Below are positions 57,806 through 64,000 of a stretch of 64,000 bases of DNA, in pieces; the first letter of the stretch is position 1, and each line of letters starts with the position of its first letter. This stretch comes from Podarcis vaucheri (taxonomy: Eukaryota). The notes under the pieces are model-generated. The model saw nothing but the letters and a program-made list of their open reading frames with translations, did not search any database and was not told the origin of the DNA. The stretch lies in NCBI GenBank assembly GCA_965113315.1, contig OZ220364.1. One strand, 5' to 3'. Position numbers and translations under genes: made by a program.

Positions 57806-57956
57806 CTGGGCAAAAGCAGGCACTGCCACGCTGTACGGCCTCTGTTTGAAGGTGTTGACGTTCTGTGACTGGAAAGCTCGGGAAGACATGCTGTAATCTG
57901 GAGGGGGGATGTCATCTTTGTCCAGCAGGTTTCCTGTGCTACTGCTTTTCCCTTGG
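57806..57956 (-). CDS. BAIAP2: BAIAP2 exon with WW-binding PPPDY motif
   Basis: tcttcag|C...GCCCAG|gtgag, 151 nt. QGKSSSTGNLLDKDDIPPPDYSMSSRAFQSQNVNTFKQRPYSVAVPAFAQ. Confidence 0.93.
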
Positions 57957-59157
57957 CTGAAGAAATAGATAAAATTTGCTTAGCAAACGTAGGAAAATTG
58001 GCTTTCTATGTTTTTAGCACTTCTCATTTTTATATGTAAGCCGGCTTGAGTCCCGTCAGAGGAAAAGGCGGGATATAAATAAATTGATGGCAATGATTAC
58101 AACAACATTTCCTTACTTCACAGAATTTTTGCTAGGAGTACTTTCCTAGCACTTAAGCCACCAACTTGCTCTCTTCATGACCGTCTTACTTGAGGATGGC
58201 CAGAGAAGCCAATTACTAACATATCTAACTGCCATTAAGTCCGCTGCCTGAGGAAATGAGTTATTTTGTGCTCCTGGCCTGTCACCAGCTATGATCCTGA
58301 ATTTGATCTGGGGTGAGGGGAGAAGAGGCCTTCAAGAGAGGGCAAGGCAGCCACAATGGAAATTGGCAAGGGAGGGAGATAAATCCATCAAGTCCCCTCC
58401 TGGAAATTTTCCAAATGTCCGCTGACTTGAGGGAAGAATTGTGTGATGGGAGCCACCTTGTCCCTCTTGGGCTGGATATTGTTCCCTGCTCTGCTCCCGA
58501 ATATGACCGGGAGGCGGGGGGGGGGGGGGAGAGAGAGCGAGAGAGCAAAAGCTGCTTCCAGGGAGGGACTGCTCTTTATCAAGGGCAAGACAGTGAGAAC
58601 TGCCACTGTCATTTGATTAGGATATAGGCCTCCCTCTCTCTAGTCTTCTAGACCGCCAGAAATTGCATAGACAGAACAGTGTGAGTGCACTAAACGAATC
58701 GTGCTTGAGCTTGTTTTAACCCTCCTCCCTGCCATTCATTTTCCCTCTTGTGCCGTGCGTTTCGAGACTGCAAAACCAGGAACAGGGACCAGCTTCTTAT
58801 GGACTTCTGTAAGCCTCTCTGTGAGCTTTCTTTTTCTTTTTTTTAACCAAAGGGTGGGGTATAGAAACATCTTAAATAAAACAAATAAACAAATCATCTG
58901 AATGCTTTCACTGAAATGACCCCTTCCTCACTTTCACCTGAGGAATCAATGCTGACTTACATGCCCAGCAGACCTCTCTCTATCTCTATCTCTCAAGATG
59001 CCATAGCATCCATGCAGATTTTTCTTCATTCTTTCAAGGAATCGTTTTCCCCCACACCCAGGCCTGGCTTCTTTCAATTTTAGTCATCCGTGCCCATTGT
59101 GTTTATCACTAACAAAACATTGCGATAGGAGTCGTATATTTGCTTTGGGTATATTTG

Positions 59158-59158
<1 letters not shown>

Positions 59159-59218
<60 letters not shown>

Positions 59219-59222
59219 AGAG
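59159..59222 (+). repeat. Compound (CT)n(CA)n(GA)n microsatellite
   Basis: Read directly from the sequence. Confidence 0.9.
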
Positions 59223-59452
59223 GGGGGGGGGCAGACAGACACCAAATATTTTGGCAGCAAAGCCTGCCATACTGGTTTGACAAACTTGAGGCAGGTACGG
59301 CTGGTTACTGACAAAAGAGGAGCCAGAAAGAGGGCAATGCAAGGCAGGTACAGATTCTGGCTCAGGAGGGCGGGGTTGATCTCTATAAATACAAGCGTCA
59401 TTCAAACGCCACATGTTTCTGTGGAAGCCAGCAGACAACACAACCTTCTTAC

Positions 59453-59521
59453 CTCATGTGCAACCTTTCGCTCCCATCACTGTCCAGCACACGTGTGTAG
59501 GAGAAAGGAAACCAGCCTCTC
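59453..59521 (-). CDS. BAIAP2: BAIAP2 exon, end of SH3
   Basis: ccatag|G...ATGAG|gtaag, 69 nt. RGWFPFSYTRVLDSDGSERLHM(S). Confidence 0.95.
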
Positions 59522-60872
59522 CTATGGTACAGATTAACAGGAGGAGGAGTTAAAAGTTATTTCTCTCTCTTACACTGAGAAAAATAAAACCCCACTTAAA
59601 TCTGCTACAATCACAGCACTGGGCAGCAGCCTACCTCCCTCAGTCGAATTTCCCCAGGTCCAAGGCTCTTGTACATTTTGTATGAGCCTCAAATTCCACA
59701 CCATGTTTTCCGAACCAAGTAATTTTGGACACTTTCTTGTGGCATGTTCTGTATTTTTGATAGGTGAGTGGTTTTTTACTTGGGGGTGGCAGGATGCAGA
59801 TCACCTCCTCCCCGGTCATGAGTACAACACCAAATGAAAAAGGAGCAGCAATAGCTCCCCCTCCTCAGCTGATCAGCATCCAACACCCACCACCGACATG
59901 TGGCCCCTGAAGGGTTGTCAAATGGTAAATGTGGGCCTTCAAGCAACAAATGTTATCCATCCCTGCCAATCTGCCCCTTTTGCCACTATCACCTCTCACA
60001 GTGTGGTCATCCACTTGGGCTAAATTATTAACTCAAGTGCATGTCAGCGAACTCTCCTTTGACCTTAAAGGCTTCAAGGCCCAATTCTGCTTATCAGGCC
60101 AGCAATTTACTTGGGCAATTGCCATTTGAAGCAGGCCACCTGAACCTTGCGCTTAGAGATTCAGTTCTTCCCAGACCCCCTGGAAAGAATGGTAATTGCT
60201 GGGAGAAATACTGGCGAACGCTGTAGCTCCAGATTTAGGACCTTTTAAGACTCAAGATCCTGGTTATGTGAGAGCTCACAAACACTCTGGGATTGTGGAG
60301 GAGCTTACCTACCTACACAACCGTTGCCAAGCAACAAGCTCTCCTCTACTCCTTAGCAAACATACTGTGCAGTCTAACCCAGCAACAGCTTTTGTTCCAT
60401 GTTATGCCACAGACACTCTAGGAGTGAAAAGGCCTGCAATTTCTGCCATTCCTTTTAACTTCCCTTTGGCATGCTTAACACCGGTTAAGACTTCTTCCTT
60501 CCACAGTGTGGGAGCTTCAAAGCAGAGAGCAGAGCTGTTCATTATGCGCTCCGCACGTTGGCACACCAAACTCCAACCACAGTGCAACACACAAGATAAA
60601 AAGTGTAAAGGATATTTTCCAAAATGGTCATGCGCAGCATTTACTGCCAGGAGTGGCGTACTGGCATGCCTCATCCACCCCTTGGCCCAAGTTTGGTTAC
60701 CTCGGGGGGGGGGGTGTTAAAAAAACCAGATAATCAGATCAGAGCACCAAGCAACTTTCATTGTCATCATGGTGCTAGGTTTCAACTTCTCTGCCCAGTT
60801 TAGCGCCATTAAGAAGATGCAGGCCTCCCCCTGCTCATCAGAAGACTGGTCTGATTATCCATTTCCCCCCTA

Positions 60873-61070
60873 CAGTTGTACCTCGTTTTGCAGCTGGGAT
60901 CCGTTCCGGAGCCCCGGCCGCTAGCCAAAAAGGACGCAGGGCAGGTTTGTGCTTCTGCACATGCGCGAGTGGCAAACCCGGAAGTAACCCGTTCCGGTAC
61001 TTCCGGGTTTGCCGCCAACGTTCGTTGGAATGGACACTAGTCAAGGCAGATGTTCACGGAGGTATTACTG
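60873..61070. mobile_element. Tigger/pogo-type MITE
   Basis: TA|CAGTTGTACCTCG...GGAGGTATTACTG|TA. Internal hairpin GGCAAACCCGGAAGTA / TACTTCCGGGTTTGCC. Confidence 0.7.
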
Positions 61071-61637
61071 TAGTTGATTATTATTCCTAATGCCCCTTCG
61101 CCACTAGAGGGCTGCAGCACAGAGGGGGCAATAGGGAATAAACCTCCCATTCTCTGCTCCAGCACTATAGTATACCAAAGAAGGAGTGACACTCCACCCT
61201 ATGCATGGGGAATGGACCACTTTTGGCCACACCCACTGCTGTCCTGTGGCTCTCAAGAGAGTTGGGCGCAAAAAACGCTTACCCACCCCGATTTACTGGA
61301 AAGTCAAGATGTGTTTCGAAGAAGGAGAGTGTGAGGAAGAGCCCCATGCACAAAATACACTGGTTTCCCCCCAATAAATACTGGCTTGCACAGTTTTGGA
61401 ACTTTTCATGCTTGGCCTTCTTATACAGATGTAAGATACTGGACTAACAACACAGGCGCCATCATCCCAGCTTTGATCTGGGCTATGCTATGCGTGTGAA
61501 TGTTCAGAAGCCAAGACTCCTAAGTGCAAGAAGTACTGCCTCCAGGTACTCGGATAAGGAAGATGATGTCAAATGAATGCCTTTAAGAGGGACGCCCTCC
61601 CCCCACATTCTCAAGACTCAGAAGCAACCACACTCAC

Positions 61638-61839
61638 AATTTTGTCTTCTCGCTCTCTCCGTAGTGCCACCCGTCTCTGGCCTCAGGCACTAGCAACGTA
61701 ATGAGGTCTCCTTCCTTGAAGCTCAGCAGGGTGGTGTTATCCCCGGCAGCATGAGAGAAGATGGCTCGTACTCTTGTCCGGCCGTTCTTTTCCAGCCCTG
61801 CTGCCATGGAGCTGGAACGGGGCAGAGTCTTGTTTTCAG
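61638..61839 (-). CDS. BAIAP2: BAIAP2 SH3 exon
   Basis: atgccag|CT...AAATT|gtgagt, 202 nt. (T)ENKTLPRSSSMAAGLEKNGRTRVRAIFSHAAGDNTTLLSFKEGDLITLLVPEARDGWHYGESEKTK(L). Confidence 0.96.
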
Positions 61840-63838
61840 CTGGCATGGGAAAAGAAAAGGATTAACAAAGCTGGCTCTCAGGACTGGAACTCTCATCCTG
61901 GAATATCAGAACTGGCTCTCGCCCTGGAGAGGATTTCATAAGCTGGTCTACACTGAGCAGTGGCTGGTGTGGCAAGGGGCATTTACTTGACCACCCATCG
62001 CCAGCTTTGCTGTGGCTTACAAGAGGGGGAAGGGTGAGGCAGTGGGACGGTCGGTGTGTTGCAAGGGCACTGGGGGGAGCACTGGATTGGCTTCCCCAAC
62101 GCATTTGCACCCTGCTGACCTTGCTATTGCCTCTCCCCTCCCACTTCTGTCCTGGTAAGCCACAGAGGCTTTGGTGACTGGAGGTCAGGTAAGCGCCACC
62201 CTTCCTAGTGGACCCTCAATGTGAAGAAAACTCAAGGCTTGACAATGTCGCCCGTTCTTTTTACTTTAAAATGCCAGGTGCCATCTCAATGCAAAAGATT
62301 AACAAAGAAGAGCTTTTACATTGTTTTCTGTGCTGGTTTGGAGGAATTGTTTCTGCTGAAGAATAAAATTCTTCTAACGAACAAGTTTTGTTTTTAATGA
62401 AAAATAAGGATAGATGGTGTCAGTAAATGCAGTCCCTCTGTTAAGAGCGAGTTTCCAAGGAATGAGCTAACAACAAAAGAGCGAGGCCGTGATCTACGGG
62501 AGACATCTTGTGAACAAGCCCTCCTAAAAGGAACAGCGTTGAATGGTTTGCTTCCCAAGCCACCAGTACCACCTAACATATTACTCATACATACTCATAA
62601 AATCTCTTACTTCACTGTTGGCAACACAAGTACAGCAATGCAGGTGTCCAAGAAAAACCCCCAGTGTTTTAATCTGCATCCCTCATAATTGTGCCACATG
62701 GCCTTGAGCAAATTCTTAATATCGGCCACTTAATGGACCATTCTCCCATAAGAGTCCTTATTTTGCAGGCTTTGGGGTCAAGGTAACTTTCCCAACACCC
62801 CACTATTATTTTTGTTTTTGCTGTGCAAAACAAAGCTCCCTATTGCACCCAACATTTCATTCATCACCCTAAACCTTTCCCTCCTGCTTGTGAATGGCAG
62901 CAAAGGAGCGGGGACAGGAGGGAAAAGAAAGGCTGGGCGAGTTTCCTGGCATGGAATACCCACATGGACATGGAGCACTGAGCAATCTCCTTGTTAAAAC
63001 AAATATTAAATAAGGTTTAAGGTATATGTCTGTTTGTCATGGCACAGAAAGGAGCAGTGGCAACACAGTAGGATAACCCATTGTCCAATGCCATGGACTT
63101 TGCCTTACCCTGCAGAGAGAGATTACTCATCCACTGCTACAACCAAGAAGCAGCAGATACGGGAGTCTAGCTTGTACCTGTTGTTATGAACATTTCCGCA
63201 AAAAATATGCTATCCCTATATGGCTCTTTTCTTCTAAAATTATACAGAAATGGGCAGAGTGCTAGAACCATTTGGAGCTACAGTTGAGAACGTCCAGGCT
63301 GTGTGTCTAATTAGACGCGCCAAGCCTTTGTATTTGCCCCACAAGTCCATTTTGGGCAAACTATGCCCACTTGCCAGTCACCTGATGTCACGTGACATCA
63401 GGCACAGGAATCGTCTAACTGTGATCTAAGCACTAAGCCTCTGCCTGCTCTTTTGACAGCAAAAGGCAACAGGCAGGGACTTAGCTCTGATCTGAGCGCT
63501 ATTGTCCTGTAGGTGATGGGGCAGAAGGGCATCCAGGTGAGAGAGTTTTGTGCCACCCTCCTCCGTGTGTTTCGATGCCCCTTCTCCCACTCCCACTTCA
63601 CTGATGCTGAAACAATATCAGTGGCTATTCCACCAAGCATCAGAAAGATGGCTCACTCCAAAAAAAAGGTGAGAGTTTGCTGCAAGGTTGTCTAAATATC
63701 CACCTGCCTCCTGAGAGAATGGCTGGATTTACTCATATGCCTCTTTTTGCACAATAAGCTGTGCCCAAAGCAGCTTAGAGCAAAGATTCCAAACACCAAA
63801 ATGCAGAGCCCTGGGTAAATATACAGAACATGCCAGTA

Positions 63839-63843
<5 letters not shown>

Positions 63844-63891
<48 letters not shown>
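63844..63891 (+). repeat. (GA)n microsatellite about 10 nt into the intron after a BAIAP2 donor
   Basis: Read directly from the sequence; (UC)n in the BAIAP2 pre-mRNA. Confidence 0.9.
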
Positions 63892-63894
<3 letters not shown>

Positions 63895-63900
63895 ACTTAC

Positions 63901-64000
63901 TGGTTGCATAGCTGTTTTTCGGCATGACACTTTTGCGCACAGGAAGTGTGTTGGAATAAGAGTCGCTCAGCTGCTTCTGAGTTTGGGGTGGGGATAAGGA
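63901..64000 (-). CDS. BAIAP2: BAIAP2 exon (truncated by window edge), linker with 14-3-3 phosphosite region
   Basis: SLSPPQTQKQLSDSYSNTLPVRKSVMPKNSYAT, ending ACCA|gtaagt. Confidence 0.92.

Larger units (their letters stand above)
43039..64000 (-). other. BAIAP2: BAIAP2 (IRSp53) 3' part; the 5' exons (I-BAR, CRIB) lie beyond the window end
   Basis: Five common exons plus three alternative C-terminal exons, with peptides recognisable as IRSp53. Confidence 0.96.

Overview
Vertebrate genomic DNA, most likely from a lacertid lizard (Podarcis/Lacerta-like; inferred from Sauria SINEs, tRNA/CR1-tailed SINEs and squamate hAT and Tigger MITEs). Two genes lie tail-to-tail. On the + strand is AATK (LMTK1/AATYK1): 13 coding exons (equivalent to exons 2-14; exon 1 is upstream of the window) from 6212 to the stop at 29829. 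All have GT-AG introns and consistent phase, giving 4424 coding nt, including a 2947-nt exon 11. Intron 7 hosts mir-338 with intact 5p and 3p arms, and its antisense mirror matches miR-3065. On the - strand is the 3' half of BAIAP2 (IRSp53): the SH3, PPPDY and common exons, then three alternative C-terminal exons ending SGSGTLVSTV (S), SSDVEVARF (T) and RNPFANVQLKPTVTNDRSAPLIS (M, WH2-like). I found no convincing new protein-coding system; the non-exonic ORFs look like noise or antisense shadows. The best leads are a perfect 39-bp hairpin with an adjacent second hairpin in AATK intron 1, duplicated miR-338-3p seed sites inside a CR1 relic downstream of the AATK stop, candidate extra BAIAP2 C-terminal exons (one would end in a PDZ-type TTLV), a palindromic MITE core carried by different hAT ends including SPIN-like ends, and SINEs sharing one tail under different tRNA heads. 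Orthology and repeat-family names come from recognition, not database searches.
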